Origin: Ptychomitrium polyphyllum
Taxonomy: Eukaryota
Direction of reading: 5' to 3'
DNA: 64,000 bases
Assembly (NCBI GenBank): GCA_973851085.1
Contig: OZ316775.1
Span: 10,354,001 to 10,418,000, forward strand
This document shows positions 1 to 15,000 of this stretch, piece after piece. The position numbers and the translations under genes were made by a program. Within the stretch, counting starts at the first letter, position 1. Each line of letters starts with the position of its first letter. The notes below the pieces were generated by a model that saw only the letters and a list, made by a program, of their open reading frames with translations, was not told the DNA's origin and searched no databases.

Positions 1-1112
1 AGCCCTTCTTCATCGACCGTGCACAGGTGTGTGTTCTGTTGGTGTATGGGCGACTTGAGTAGTTATTGATTTTCTGCAAACAGAAGTGTTAGATTTTCTA
101 TGTATGTTTTTTGCGGCTTTTTGATACCATCGCGCCTCGTTTTTCTTTTTCTCTTCATGCGTTTTGTCTCGTTCTCGTTTTGTGTCTGTCTTGTTTTTAT
201 TTTTTGTTTGTCTTGTTGTTTTATATTCGCCCCTTATGGAGTGTTTGTCTTCGTCTCGTCGTGGGCCTGGTCTAATTTTTTGCCTTCCCTGGGCTTGAAC
301 TCGTATAGGTTTTACTTTATGTGCAGTTGACACAAGTAATACGATTCCTATATTTGACAAGCATGATTCAAATGGATGTGGGTGAGAGCAAATAACAGTT
401 GTACGAGTCAATCGACTGAAAGTATGAAGATTTGGGCTTCTAGCTCAGAGATGAGATATGTTGAAGTCAGCAACAAGGGCTTCAGAATCATTGTGCATAC
501 AAGCATGCTATAAAACATTTGAGAGGGACCCAATTATCTGAACTCTTCCTTGGTATTGGTGAGTAAAGTTAAGCAGAATGCACGGTCTAGAAGGTGCAAT
601 ATGCCGATGTGCTTCACATGTCTAAGAATGAAGTTTATATGCATGATTGGACTACGCTTGCATTTTGGTATCAGTAACAGGTACCTCTCTTAAGCAATTG
701 TTTAGTTCTAAGCACGCAACAGAAGGTTTGTTACGCAAGAAAACTGGCAAATCAGTCCGTTTGAGACTAGTAATAAGCAAGAATTCGAGCACGACTACGT
801 GTGATGAAAACGTTGACATAAAAGATGGTAGTCTAAAGACGACGGTCTGAAACAACCAAACAGTCTCTCCAATCACCAAAATTACTTGGCAACAAGACCG
901 CTGTGTTATTTGGTCATCGACAACCAAAATAAATGATCTGCACAGGATGATCATCTTAACACAGAACCACGTTACGTGTGGGAAACATAAATACATGTAA
1001 ATCTCCTCATCTAAGAGGAATTGTATTTACCAATATTTGAGCTTAAAATGAAGTGAACCGCAATTACTCTAGAGTCGCAGAACGGAGAGAATAAACTTAT
1101 TGGTTCTTGTTT

Positions 1113-4100
1113 CTATCCCGCCAAGTTGACTGTCAGTGAGACATATGGATGCACCTCTGAATCTCCACCCGCAAGTCCCATCATCCCTGCATCATCTTCT
1201 GAATGCCAAAATGAACTGCAAATGGCGAATTGTTAATACATAAATCAGTCGACAGATTCTCGTTATAAAAAATTAATCATCCATCATCTAATTACTTCCA
1301 TATCTAGCAGACCGATGCTCAAATAAGTAATCATCAAACATTTTTGATCCATCGATCAGAAACACTTCCTCTTGCTCCAAACGCAACCTTGGCGTACAAC
1401 TTATAATGAAGAGAGGAAAAAATCTACGTTACTCTCTTATTACAAATGATGAGATATACCTGTTTGTCCCACTTGACAGCTTATCACAGACTGCACGTAC
1501 TTTCTTTTCAGTCTTTGAGTTTGGTGCCAAAACAGCAGCCTGGATCGATTCGAAACACGTAGTAAAAATCATATTGTTGCGTAGCATTATAGAAGTGAAA
1601 ACTGAGATAGCAGATCAAAACTACGAACCAAACAGGTTTGGTTACATATTGGCTCTAACCATGAATTTTGGTGGAAGTCCATATCTTAATATACTCTCAG
1701 TGAAGAGTCGAATAGCACATATGTGCATCCAAGCACCAAAAACCTGTTCACCGGAACACAAAAAGCACATATTAGCATGCAATTTAAATCAAAAGAACAT
1801 AAAGACAAGATGGAACACCTGACATAGAAATTGTAGGACTATTTCAATCGTTCTACCTCGCCATAAACAGCATAACACCACTGTTGAAGGGATTGGCGAA
1901 GTTCGTCTTGATCTTTTTGTAACTTCGCCACCTCTTCCAGCTTGGATGATTGGCCTTCTGGGTCCGACTCAAATTCTCGAACCTGACGGACAGTCATTAG
2001 TTAAGCACCCGGATACAAAGAGCAAATCTACTGTGTTGGTCAGGCAGTCACAAAACTACAGACAGGAGAAATACTCACCAGGAAACCCCGCTCTCTTCCA
2101 GAAGTTTTGAAAGAGTCAGCGACCTTCCGGAACAAGGTCACAGTAAAAAGTGCGTATTCATTATCTTCCGTGAGCTTTTTGGAAGAACGTGGGACCTTCA
2201 ACAAGCACATACATCATAATCAGAACCTGCAGAATCAATATAATTACAAATGTCCAAAACTATATACCTGCACCACACTGCTTAAAGTCGTATTCACTCC
2301 ATTGGTATTCTAGGAGACGGGCTGTAATTCTGAAATGTTAACATCACTCAGCATACCACAAAATTAGAGAGCGTCTCGTAGCTTGCTAGCCAGTCCTTTT
2401 GTGAATATTTAGAAACCACCACCAGAAGCGTGGTCAAATGCTCCGTGTTGATAATATCATCAGGTTTCACCACATTCGAAAGATCCCGCACTGCCATACT
2501 GTGAAAATTTACCACGGCTTTCAAATTACAACATGATCGATATAAAAAAAATATCAATCAAATACTCTTTGAAACAGTTCAACTATATTTTCCGTTCTAC
2601 TGTAGATTTAAACACAGTACTATTGAATAATTCATTGTTGTAGATCTCAGAACAAAATAACGAAGACACACCTGCCACTCTGCTTTCGCAGGATTGTAGT
2701 CAATTGCGTCTTGACATTGCTATACTCCGATACCCTTATCTGCGCACACAGACAAAAGTAAGCTGTACTGTTGAGTGATTGCAAGAATAAAAAACTTCTT
2801 GCAGATATGCATCAGATGTAGATTGACATAGTACCTAATGGAAACGACATCACTAGCTACGAAGAATTTTAAAGAGGCTGGGAAAAGAAAAGGTTGTGAG
2901 AGATTGCTTTTCGTTTTGAACCACATACTCAAGCTCTTGAATCACATTCTAAATAAGATCTGCCTTCTTGGGAAAGCGGTACCTTAAGATCATCTTCCAG
3001 CTTGGCCACGCCTTCCTGTATTGTGTCCACGATCTCTCTCAAGGGCGTCATAGTTGGATACTTTGCCTCGTCCCAGCTAAATCTGCAAAGGAGAAAGGCG
3101 ATTTCTTGTCAGCTGTAGTGTCTGACATCATCTCTAGCTCTTTGATAGCTCCTGAGTCCCGTGTACAAATACCCCTCTCAAATATCACTCTCTAAGTTTA
3201 CTTGCTCAATTACCTGGTAATGTAAGAGTCGATAGGGACCCCATCGACAGAAAGAGCGCTGCTACTGTCAGCATTGGAAGCCCGCTCCAAGTCGTCTATT
3301 TGCCTCCGCACTTTATGTGTCACCGTCTCAACCACTTGATTAGCCTGAAATTGGGATGTACAAATAAGACCATTTAAGTCGAACTCAATTTTAAGGAAAA
3401 TACACCAACCAACAGAAATTTCTAGGGCAGAGTCAAATTAGGGCTCAGAGCACCACATTCTGTAAATCTGAAAACCCTGCTTCGTTCAATCATTTTCCCC
3501 CGTTCTCATACTCAGCCTTTGATAACCAGCTTCCCACCTTACCTCGCAATCTACAACTACTCAATGTCAGTCGCGATAGTTCCGTGCGCTGCGTGAACAT
3601 CATCGATCAGAAAATTATAGCAGTCCGCTCAATTTATTCCCTTACACATTGAAGAGAGTTTCCAAGCTGACCTCGTAAAAGTAAACCCCGAATGCTAAAA
3701 AATCAGGGCAGTGAGTAGAACCCGTGAAAAAAAAGGGCTGACGATTGGATCACTCTTCTCACACAAATCTAGAATCAACATGAAGCTCAAACAACTACTC
3801 AAAAATTGCAATAATCCAAATCACTGAGCTGCCTTCGATTCACACCTTTGTGAGATCGTCACTGAGGGTAAGCAACGAGTCCAGCGTACCCACTCGCAGC
3901 TCCGGAATATGAAACTGCAAACAAAACCCCACCCAACCATCACCTCAGTCCGCAACCTCCAATGCAAAAAATCCTCTAGCACCGAAACTCACCAACCCAA
4001 CCCAACCGCTGCCCCCGAACCTCCGCATCCAAAACTCGCCAACACCGCACCCTCCCGCAAACCCCGTCCGATCCACAGCATTCCCCATCCCAACCCTGAC

Positions 4101-4217
4101 CTTGTACGTAGGAGTGTCGAACGCAGCTCGCGAAACGCCCGACTGCAGAGCCTCCCACGTCTGTGACGCCGATCCCTGCAGCGGCAGCGATACCAGCAGG
4201 TACTTGTTGAGAGCCAT
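1113..4217 (-). CDS. VHA-C: Vacuolar H+-ATPase subunit C, 11 exons
   Basis: Exons join in frame via GT-AG: 4101-4217 ([12 protein letters not shown]...FDTPTYK), 3846-3914 ([23 protein letters not shown]), 3214-3344, 2983-3082 (FSWDEAKYP), ~2672-2739, ~2356-2498 ([10 protein letters not shown]), ~2079-2195 (VPRSSKKL), ~1857-1982, ~1660-1743 ([25 protein letters not shown]), ~1460-1539, 1113-~1215 ([12 protein letters not shown]). These are hallmark V-ATPase C motifs. Confidence 0.97.
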
Positions 4218-7200
4218 TGCGAGAGAGAGCGCAAGGGACGCCGGGGTGCGTGCTGCGGAGTGCGTCGCGCTATGGCGTGCGAGCGTGGGCACCCCCTGCG
4301 ACCTGGCTGCGTGCACCACCCGCTGCGGCCCTCACCGCTCGCCTGCGCCTCTCTGCCATGGCACCGTGGCACCGTGGCACCGCGCCCCCACGTCAGCGGC
4401 AGCGGGCTAGCGCTGCGCGGGCGTCGTCCTTCGCGGCTGTCCTTGCTCGTGAAGCTGTGAGTCGCTGACACACTGCACGCTCTCGCGCGCTCTGGCCCCA
4501 GTGGTCGTTCCCTTGCAGCTGTTCCCACGTTCCCATCCTGCTCTCTGCATTGGCGTCCTTTCCAGAGCCCATTCTTCTATTTCGTTCTATGCGTTTCGTT
4601 GTTCCATTCGTTCATCGTTTTATTGTGTCTACACTCTAGGGTGAGACATAGTACATGGGATTGAATAGTACATGTTTTGGTCTTTGAGCTTGTAAGCTAA
4701 TGTGTATGGCCTTCAATATGAGTCATTCTTCATATGAGTTATCTTTGTAGAGCATGGACTTTTAATGCATCATTGTTCAATACAAATTGCAATTTCTATG
4801 ATTATAGACATTTATAATTCTAAAAATGATATTTGATTGATTAATGTATGATAAACAACTGTATATTCAAATATCATTGATTAAAACAAATAAATAATTC
4901 TTTAAAGGAAAAGAAGTAAGATTGCATTCATTGGAATACTACATTGATTAATGAACACTTTTATCAACAATTATTTTTTTATTATTGTGAATAATATTGA
5001 AGGTCTTTACACAGTCATTTAGTGAAAAAAGAAAAATTGAGCAATGACAATTAAGAAGTGGGCTTGGAAGTAGCCATCTTTTGATTTAATCAAATCAGGT
5101 TGAATGTCTAGATGTGATAATCTTTTCTTTAATTTTGCTTGCCTTTTAAGTAAAAGATATGGATTTGATTTCCATCATCTACAATGGCTAAAAAGAAGTA
5201 ATTAAACTTCATAATTTTTTGTAATATAAACATAATCTATTTGGAATAAACATAAATTGGCTATTTTTTAAAAAAATTAAATAAAAACAAAATAATTTTG
5301 AAGAAAAAGTTCAAGAAGAAAAAAACACAATAAAAAATCCAAATTAAATCTAAATGAAAATGACATAAGAAGTCTTTGGAAAAGCCGTTTTTTCTATTTT
5401 GTCAATACAAGTAGCATATTATTTGTGTAAATATACAAATATCTTCACTTAAGCCTAAATGCATGTTTTATGCAATTCTACATGATTCTTCTTGAATTAC
5501 CAAAAGTATATATTTTTAAAAGTATTAAAAAACATTAAAAGATTTAACTTTATGACAATTTCAACAAAGTTTGAATTTATTGAAGGAAAATAATTGACTC
5601 CTAATGTATTAATTGATTGAGTAGAATCATAAATAATAAAACATATAAATGCTTATAATAAATTTCTAGATTGTATGTTTTTAATATACAATACCATAGT
5701 CACAAAATTACATAAGAATATAAATATTTTTTCTCTTTTTTTCATTTGAATACAAGAAATGAGACAAACTACAAATAAATGGATAAGGGAAGAAAAATAT
5801 GAATCCGGTAGAAGAATGAATGATGTAAAGAAGAATGAACTAAGGCATAATAAGAAAAAGATAAGATTGAGTGAACAAATATGGAGAGGGATGGTCTAAT
5901 TGGGATGATGGAAAGACAAATTGTTTTGAAATTAATGAAAAAAATGAATGAAGTGTTAAAATATAAAAAATTAATATTTAAAAATATCAAGGTTATACTT
6001 ACAAATGGTGGTGTCTTATTGTAAAAAATTACGTTGCAAGTTTGATTGTAATTTTATACTTAATAAATGCTTATTTTATGATTTTTTTAAAAAGAAATAT
6101 TATTCAATTCTTAATGTAAATCTATAAGAATTATGTATTATATATTTCAAATATATGTATTTTTAAAATAGTAATAATTTTGCATGTTTTAAAATATATA
6201 AATGATTGCTTTTGTAATTATAATCTTAAAATACATAAAAATGTCGATAACTACAAAAATAGTATTTATTAAATGCTGATGAATGATGCAACCATTGGCT
6301 TAAATATAATTTTGATGTGTCATAAACTATAGATGTTCAATTTTTTTAAGTTTTGGGTTTAATTTGTTTGACTATTGTATTATATTAAAACTTAATTACA
6401 TTTGAGTTATAAACATGTATATATATTTATGTATGCATTCTATATATGCTTTTATATTATATCTTAAAAATTGTTGTCATTGTTTTTAACACTATTATTA
6501 TTGTTATTTTCTAATAACAGTTGAATAAAAATGTTATATATGTTATATTTGACAAAAAACTTGTGTTTGAAATTATATTTAATAATGCATATAAAATATA
6601 TTACTTATTAGATTAAATTCCACAGTAGTTTGAAAAAATTTATATAATGTCAACACCTTTGAAAAATAAAGAAAATATTATTTTGAAAAGTGTAAACTGT
6701 AATATGTTTGCATGTATTTTTAATGAGCAAAATTTGATTTCTTAGAAATATCATAATGTATGAATTTAAAAACATATGATTCAAGAATAAAATGTTTAGA
6801 GTATCACATGTTTTATGTTTTTAATTATTGAATTAAATTTTTTATTTTCTATCAATGCTTTTAAAATGACATTCAAAATAATTGTCAACATATTAAGACC
6901 TTGTCATTATGAAACCTATTAAAAGCTTTAAAATCTTCAATTCCAAGCAAAAAGTAATTATACAATACAAAAAATTAAAGCTAAAAAATGTGTTTATTTC
7001 AAAAAGTATTTTATAAACCTATTTTTTCTAAAAATGTATGAGTAATTGTATTCAAAAAATGAATATAAAATAATTTATATATTTTTGATTAAATAATATT
7101 ATTCCAATTAAAGGTTTTGTGTTGTTTTAAAAGTGCATTTAAAATAAAAACCAAATTCTAATGGTATATGGTTGTAAGATACTTTTAAAAATGATGTGAA

Positions 7201-10148
7201 AGTATTGTACAAATAAATCACATATGTTGAAGGACCTACTAAAAGAATGGAGCTTAAAATAATTAAAGATGTGCTTCTATATATTATTACATTTTAAATA
7301 GTAATAACTTCATTATAACTTCAATGTAAAACAAGCATGCATTTTAATCTAGAAAAGCAAACTTATATATATTTATTAGAATTTTAGAATTGATTTTATA
7401 CAAAATAATTTGTGTAATTCTTTTACAATTGTTTTGTTGTGCTCTTTTTCTTTTTAATCCAACAATTTTGATAACAATGTTTTTGAATTTTGCAATGTCA
7501 AGTTATAGGCCATGATACAAAATCATTCTTATCTTTTGTTTCATTAAAAAGTCTTAATTTTTTAATTCAAAGCTACAATCACTTGCAATGACATGAAATA
7601 TGATTTCTAATCCGCATAAAGGCTTAGGCATCCAAACTCAAAGCTCCTTAGCTCCTTCATCAGTGATTGAACTATCCAAATATGGTTATGAAGTTCTATA
7701 GTTGATAACAAATAAACTAACTCAAAATTGAAAATTTCCAATAAAAATAAAATCTTACAAATTAACAATGAAAATTAATTAAAGTGATATATAAGACAAT
7801 TTGGTAATTTCTATTAATTTGTGCTTTATTAGATGAAAGCTACAAATTGTTAGAACTTGCTCTTTTGCAATTTCAACATTCAAATAAAACACCAAAATTA
7901 TTAAAATATATGTATTTTTGACAAAATAAGATGCTACTAATCGACTTTAGTTATATTAAAGCATAGAAGGATCTTTTTCAAATAAAATCAATGCATAAGC
8001 CACTATTTAGGTGGTTTAAATCACACTTTAATAATCATTGTTAAGCTAAGCATTAGTATAATAAACATACTATATTCCAAAATGAATATTTCTAAGATAC
8101 ACACATATAGACATGCAAATATTTTTGGAAGATTGAGCATTGTCACAATATTAAGCAACATTGCTTTTAAAAACCTTCTAATATCTTTATGTAACTTCTA
8201 AGAACCTTCCAATAGCTTTTATAATTGTTTACATTATTTAAAAACTTCTTAAAAAGGTTTAATGGACCTCTATGGCATTGTATAGTACTATGAAAATAAA
8301 ATAAATTGTAATAGATTACATCTTCTTTTAATACAACCTATAAATTCTTAGTTTACACCTTTATGTCATTTAAATTTTTTTTTTTTAGTAGCTTGCTATT
8401 TTAAGCCATTTTAATCTAAATAGCTTTTAAAAGCATTATCAATGCCTTATTTTCTTATTATTTTTTTGATTTAAGGTTTTGTATTTATATTTATTATATA
8501 TTATAGTATTTTCTTTAAAAAATCTTTTTACTAGCTAAAATGTTTTATTTCACTTATTTAATAGTAATTGATTATATTTCCATCTTTTGTTTTTTTGTTT
8601 TAATCAATATCAAAATAAAACACATTGAATGAAAATTAGGTTACTATATATTTGTTGATACATAAATTTATTATTCATCATTTGTTTATGTGCTAAACCA
8701 ATTGTCTTAATAAAAGATTATTGTTATAGAAAGTATTTTAATTGTTGAATAGAAGTAGGTGATATATTGTGATTTATGCCTATACAACTTTAAAGTTTTA
8801 ACATTTTATTAGTTCTTCATTGTAAAATTTACCTATATTTAGTAATTTCATTTAAAAGATTAAATTATAATCATTGTATTGCATTACTTGCTACTTATTA
8901 TTAAACCTTCATCATCAGGCCTTTGTAAATGTTTCAGTTTTTGGTATTTATTACTTAATTCTTCACATTGTATATTTGAAGGTTTGATGTGCTCAAATTC
9001 CCTTGTAGAAGCTAAGTTTGGAATTATTCTTTCTTGAATAAAGATCCTTGTTTATGTAGATAAGTTGAGACTTTGAACTATGACTTGATTGATTTTTTGT
9101 TCAATGGTACTTGCCTATTGTCTTTTGGCTCCTGATAATTTCCTACTATTTCCAATGAATATATGGATATTCTTCTAATTGATATTCTTTAAAGGCTATT
9201 GATTTTGGCCCAATGATCAACTACATGTGATTAATTTTGCAATGGTTTTTATCTAAGAATTGAAACTATATTGTCTATTTACAATTCTAGAATGCCATAG
9301 GTTATTTCTAAAGAGTATGATAATTGAATTTTGACTTTGAATGAATAGGCAATATTTAAAAGTTTAAATCTGGGTCATAATCACAATGTATTAAAATTCC
9401 ACCAAAAACTATGAAAAATTTCAAAATTTCTTAACTCTGTTGTATTATATGAAATTTAGCTCATCTTTAGCAATGTAGAATCTCTAAAATTCTACTCAAA
9501 CATTATTCAATTCATATGAAATAATTTTATAAATATTAAGTTGCAAAAATTAAAAAGTGACATTAACTCTTATTTTTCATGTATTATAAAACAAACTATG
9601 AAAGAGTCCATAGGCTTAGAAGGCTTATTTCATGTTGTTTTAAATACTTGATTAATTTTGGCTTAGAGAAGTTAAAAGAAACCACTTAAAATCCATTAAG
9701 TTGTAGTTTAATTAAAAAAATAATTTGAGATGGTTTTAATCTCCTTCTTACTCCCAATCAAAAAGAAATTGAAAAGTCCCATACAACAAAAATTGGCCAG
9801 GTGATTCCAAACATGGTTGCCTAGCAATTCAATTGAGATACTGGAAGCTCTTCACATTTGAGAATCATTCTACATGTGGGCATTGAAAAAAAACACTCAA
9901 GAGTTGTCTTTTATGGAAGAAAAACTCTCAATTGTGGTTTCTATATTTGATTGAAGATTGAAAATTTACAGTATTTTGCTCAGAAGTGCTGTTAACACAA
10001 GAAAATTCCTACCTTGTTCATTTCTTGTTCACATGAAGCAACTCATCGTGGAGCCGTATTTTTGGCCTGCATCCCTCAAGCTTCATATTGAAACAGCTCA
10101 TGGGCTGTATTCTTGCTGTTTACTTGGTTACTTGTTTTCTCATTAGGA

Positions 10149-10184
10149 AAGCAGTATGCATGAGCCGGTTCATGCATACTGCTT
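10149..10184. repeat. Perfect 15-bp inverted repeat (hairpin)
   Basis: aagcagtatgcatga-gccggt-tcatgcatactgctt: the arms are exact reverse complements. Confidence 0.9.
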
Positions 10185-12012
10185 GATGATGCATCAGACT
10201 GAGTGACAAAAGGGCAGCGAAGGGATTATGTAAGAGAGGAGTATGTAATAGGTCAGGGAATGTGAGACACACTGGGAGAATGTAGAATAAGCCAGTGAAG
10301 GCGATGCTTATATATTAATAAAGGGCATCAGAAGACAGAAGCTAAGGAACAGGCGGAAAATAATCGAGTCATGAACCTGTGTTATATATCCAGTCTGTAC
10401 TTAGTCAAATACTGAAAGAATATAACTTTTACTTAAGAATAGAAGAAACATGGCAGTGAGCTAATGGCATTTTGGCATTTTAAGCGATAAGGATAAATAA
10501 TGAATAGACTTGGTCTTGTTGTTTCCAGTGCTTGCTTCCACCATTGAATGAAATTCATCAGAACTACTACTAATTTATTAATAGTATTTATAAAAGGGAT
10601 GATTACACACTAAGCCTTCTTTAAAACTTTGTATTGTTTTGAAGAATGAGTCATCTGTAGGAAATTCAACATTTTTCTTTTATTAATGGTATGTATTTAA
10701 AAACATCCATATCACTCAATTTTGCTATTTTTGTTTTAATTTATTTTGAAAGAAGTCAAGATTTTGTTCTATGTGTTGTACACGGTTGTACTTGAGTTTC
10801 AAAACGCCAAATTAAAATTTTCTTATTTATTATAAATTAAAAAAATAATTTTCAATATATAAATAAGAATATTTAATTGGGCCTTTGCATTCTCAAATTT
10901 GATTGAAATCATAGCAAAAATCACAATTGTAAGGAATAGAATGGAAGACTAATTGATGCCAAATGAAACTTCTAGGATTGAGTCAAGTTCTAAAAAGAGA
11001 AAATTGAGACTCCCTTTAGAGCTCTACAATTTCGTACAAGAACTAAAGAAATTTTACATTGCCTGAATTTCTAAAACATCCATTACAATAGTTCATCAAC
11101 CACAAAAACTTGCATACAATACCACTTATGTCTAAAGCAATACTAGTTTTGACTTTAAAATTTTTGAACTTTAAATAGAAAATTAACACAAAAATACAAA
11201 ACAATATCATATAATTTATTATTGCCACATCTACCTTCTATAAAAAAATTAGATTCTTATAAATTTTTGTGTAACCAAATATGAGTTTTTCACATTAGTT
11301 ACCAAAGTTCATAAATTGGTATCAATTAAAGTTCTTGTCAACTTCAGGTCACCATATTTGGTACAAAAATGTTCCATACACAAGTAGTGTAGTATGCAAA
11401 GTTTGATGGTTGGCAAACGCTTGCAGAGAGCACGAGAAGCATTGGGGCGACAACGGAATGTGGGGGTTCATTACATCTTGCAAGGGGGACTGTCCAAAGT
11501 GTGGCAACGATTACACTGTTAAGTAGGATAATTAGTGCCGGTCTCACTAATCACGCTGACAATTTTTACGCAGGATGGACCTCCCTACAACGACGTTGGA
11601 CGCTATCCAGGTAGGAGCTTGGGTAAACTGAGCGTGGTGAAAATTCGCGGGGAGAGAGTAAAAAAAGAGGGCCAGCGGCATGAAGGAACTACAAGGCCAA
11701 GCTGCGCAGCGGCAGGGCTGCGAGTAGGACGCACAAAGCGCGCGGATGCAGTGCCAAGGGAACGCAAAGAACGGAGCGGGAGAGCGCACAGTGGGCCACG
11801 AGCCTGGTGCGGAGGAATCAGTTCTCACGCACACTGAGCATCCTCACGTAGCGGAGGCGTCCCCCGGCAGCGTCGCGGCCACCGTAGCACCACAGCACCC
11901 ACGAACTCTGAAGAATATTACGCAGAAGCAGCAGCAGCTCGGGCTTGACTAACCGTGGCCTGCAGCAGCGGCCCCTCATCTCTGCATCCGCACCATCCAA
12001 GCCATCCAAGCC

Positions 12013-15000
12013 ATGGCTGCCGCCCAGCAGCAGCAGCCACACATGCCTGGCCCCCACATGTCGCAGCAGCAGCACCCTTCCGGCATGCCCCTGCAGATGC
12101 ATTACCAGCCTGCCCAGGCGCAGCAGCAGGTAACGTAATGTAACGTAATGTTAACGTAACGTAGTAGGCTGCCCCTCCACTCCCCCCTGCTCTGCCCTGC
12201 TCTGTACTGACTTTACTTCAGTCACTCACGTTCCCTTGGACACTGACTGACGTTGATGCTCCGTCCCACCTCTATCAGAGTTCACCGCCATCTCTCTGTC
12301 ATGCCCTATCCATCGTCCAATTGTTGGCCATCTATAATCCATGGCACAATCCTCGCCCTGCCATCACTGTCACGCCAACGCCACCTCTCTTATGCATTGG
12401 GCCATGGCTCAGAGTAGCTTAACTTAGTTTACAGCCATGGCCGCTCAGCTGCTGTTGCTGGGCAACCATCCACAAGGCGAGCGAAGAGGGTTTGTCTATG
12501 AGTAGGGTTTGGGCTTTGGCCTGATAATTGGTTTCCAATGCGGTGATCGTCTTGACTTAATTTGGGGTTTTGTGATGGCTCACGAGGAGGGGAAGGTATG
12601 GTTTTCCAGTTTTGTGCTGGTGACTGGGCTCGTCTAGTGATGGCGAGGAGTTTGCTGATAAGCGGTTCATTGGAAGAAATGGATTAAGGCCGCGTCTTCA
12701 TTTCAGTTGTTCAATTGAGGGCAGTGGTGCATTTTGTGGTCTGAGTGTGATTTTTGAACTATCGGATAGGAGGTGACGGACGTCTTGTAGGTGTTGTTGA
12801 AGGAGCCTTCAGTGATGGGGTTTCTTTCTGTTGGTCTGGAGCTGAAGATTGTCATTATGAGGCTGGATTGGATTAGGGCACGAGATTGCATGTGGTTATT
12901 GTGAAGGTGATGGCTAATTAAGTTGTTGCTTTTCAGATGATGCCGCAGCTTGGTGATCAGCAGGTAGTATACCTGCAGAAGCTTGGCAAGTCGGTGGTGT
13001 TTTTAAAGTGTTGTTAGTTACACACAGATGCTCTCCCTCGCATGACTGCCATAGATTTTGAAATTTTACAATGGTTGTTTCTCTTTAGTTGACAGGTTAT
13101 GTATGTCAATGTTACTGTTTGATTGCAGATGCAGCCACAACTCCATTATCAGCAGATTCAGAAGCAGCAGCTATCTGCATTCTGGACTCAACAACAGCAA
13201 GAGATGGAGCAGGTCAACGGTACGTTTTCACTCTTGCAAATCTCCAAACTCATTAACATTATGGGATCATCCCAAGTGGATGAGAGACACAGACAGTGCA
13301 TGAAAGTGACAATGTATCTCTTTTTATCACGATTACGTAGCGACAGTACATCTATGCCATCTTGGAAGGGCATCATAAGATGCACTGGCATGGCCATATC
13401 GTGGGGGTGTCACGCAGCCAAGTCTGAACTGTCGTTTTTTTGCATATTTTTGTGTTCTGTAGCTACGGTGGAACAGTTCGCTTTAGATCTTTAGAAAAAG
13501 TATTCAATGTTGTGAGCATGCATAGAAGGCAAAATTTTCGCACAAGCATTCCCTCAGAACACTACGTTCAACTTCTCACGTTTTATGTCAGCTCAAACGA
13601 ATTAGTAGGCAGGTAGAATCTTCAAAAATCTATTGTGCACTGTTTGTAAGTTAGGTTTCATCTGTTTGCACGGCCTACGCAGTTAAGGAACGTCTTGTGC
13701 CGCTTGGAACTTATGTTAGCAGATTCTTCTTGTTACTTGTTTCAGGTGTTCCTGACATCTGCATTTGCATTTTCTTCAGATTTCAAGACTCATCAGCTGC
13801 CACTGGCGCGTATTAAAAAGATCATGAAGTCCGATGAAGATGTTAAGGTGAACATTTCCTTGTCCTTATCCTGCTCCCTCTTTCTACATTTGGAAGTGAA
13901 AGCATGTTTTGCACTTGATCAGTTTCACAAACACTTGACTTGTCTTATTGTAATGGAAGCTTTTATGTATAGTAAACGAATTTGGGGATGGATCTGAGTT
14001 CTAAAAGTATTTTTTGCATTAATAATCACTCGCTTACTGACACTGCTGAGATTAGTGATCTGAATCATGTTTTTGTTCCAGATGATTGCAGCAGAAGCTC
14101 CAGTATTATTTTCAAAAGCGTGCGAGATGTTTATCTTGGAGTTGACGCTTCGGTCTTGGATTCACACTGAAGAGAATAAGCGACGAACTCTCCAAAGGAA
14201 CGACATTGCTGGCGCCATCACCAGAGGCGACATTTTCGACTTTCTTGTAGACATTGTTCCACGTGACGAGTTGAAGGTGCATTTCTGAGACCATCCAATA
14301 TTTGAGATACTAGTTGTGGAGTTTACTGAAATTGATCTTGTAGGCGAAATTCTTTCTTTGCAGCTGTCTCGTGCTGATATTTCTACTATTTAGACAGTAC
14401 ATTTCCATGGTTGGGTTTACGATATAGAATCAGTCTGCAATCATCTGTCTTATTTGCTTAGATAATGCTTAGACTGCATTGTGATCTGTATTTATATATT
14501 TCATACGTGCACTTGTTGAAGCTCGTATTTCACACAAAATGTGTTCTAGGAAGAGGATTTGGGCGTACCATGGAGTGGAGTTGCTGGTGGTGATCCCGTG
14601 CAATATGGGGGATTGTTCTACCCATCTATGCCTGGACAACAAATGCATCATCCTATGGGAGCTCCTGTAAGTTTCAAATTACACCTTTAAAACTCTGCAT
14701 GCGACCTATAGTTGACTTAATGGTCTGAACCGTGTGATTGACTTATGGGATAGTTAAAGGATATATGCAATTTGTACTTGTCTGCTTGGTCGCTCTCGTA
14801 TATTACAGCTTTGAGGGCCTACGCTGTCCACACATGTTTGATTTGTGAGACTGAAGGTTTTGTAGTTCTGGGTCAGAGATTTGATAACTTGTCATTAGGC
14901 TCAAGTTGAATTTTTATATGGAGAATTCAGATTTTCTTATCACAGTTTGTCGTGATGAAGGAGATGATGGTCGGTCAGCCAGCCATCCCCCCAAACCCAC

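Noticed and set aside
10..411. ORFs in the T-rich sequence at the window start
   Set aside because: Low-complexity T-rich DNA gives Phe/Lys-biased translations with no recognisable homology.
4600..9900. AT-rich spacer as an autonomous transposon
   Set aside because: I could read no transposase, RT or integrase motifs, LTRs or paired TIRs. It is probably old TE debris, but that cannot be supported from the sequence alone.
11574..11609. Exon-like segment (cgcag|gATG...ccag|gtagg) upstream of NF-YC
   Set aside because: NF-YC has a complete start at 12013, and I found no convincing in-frame connection.
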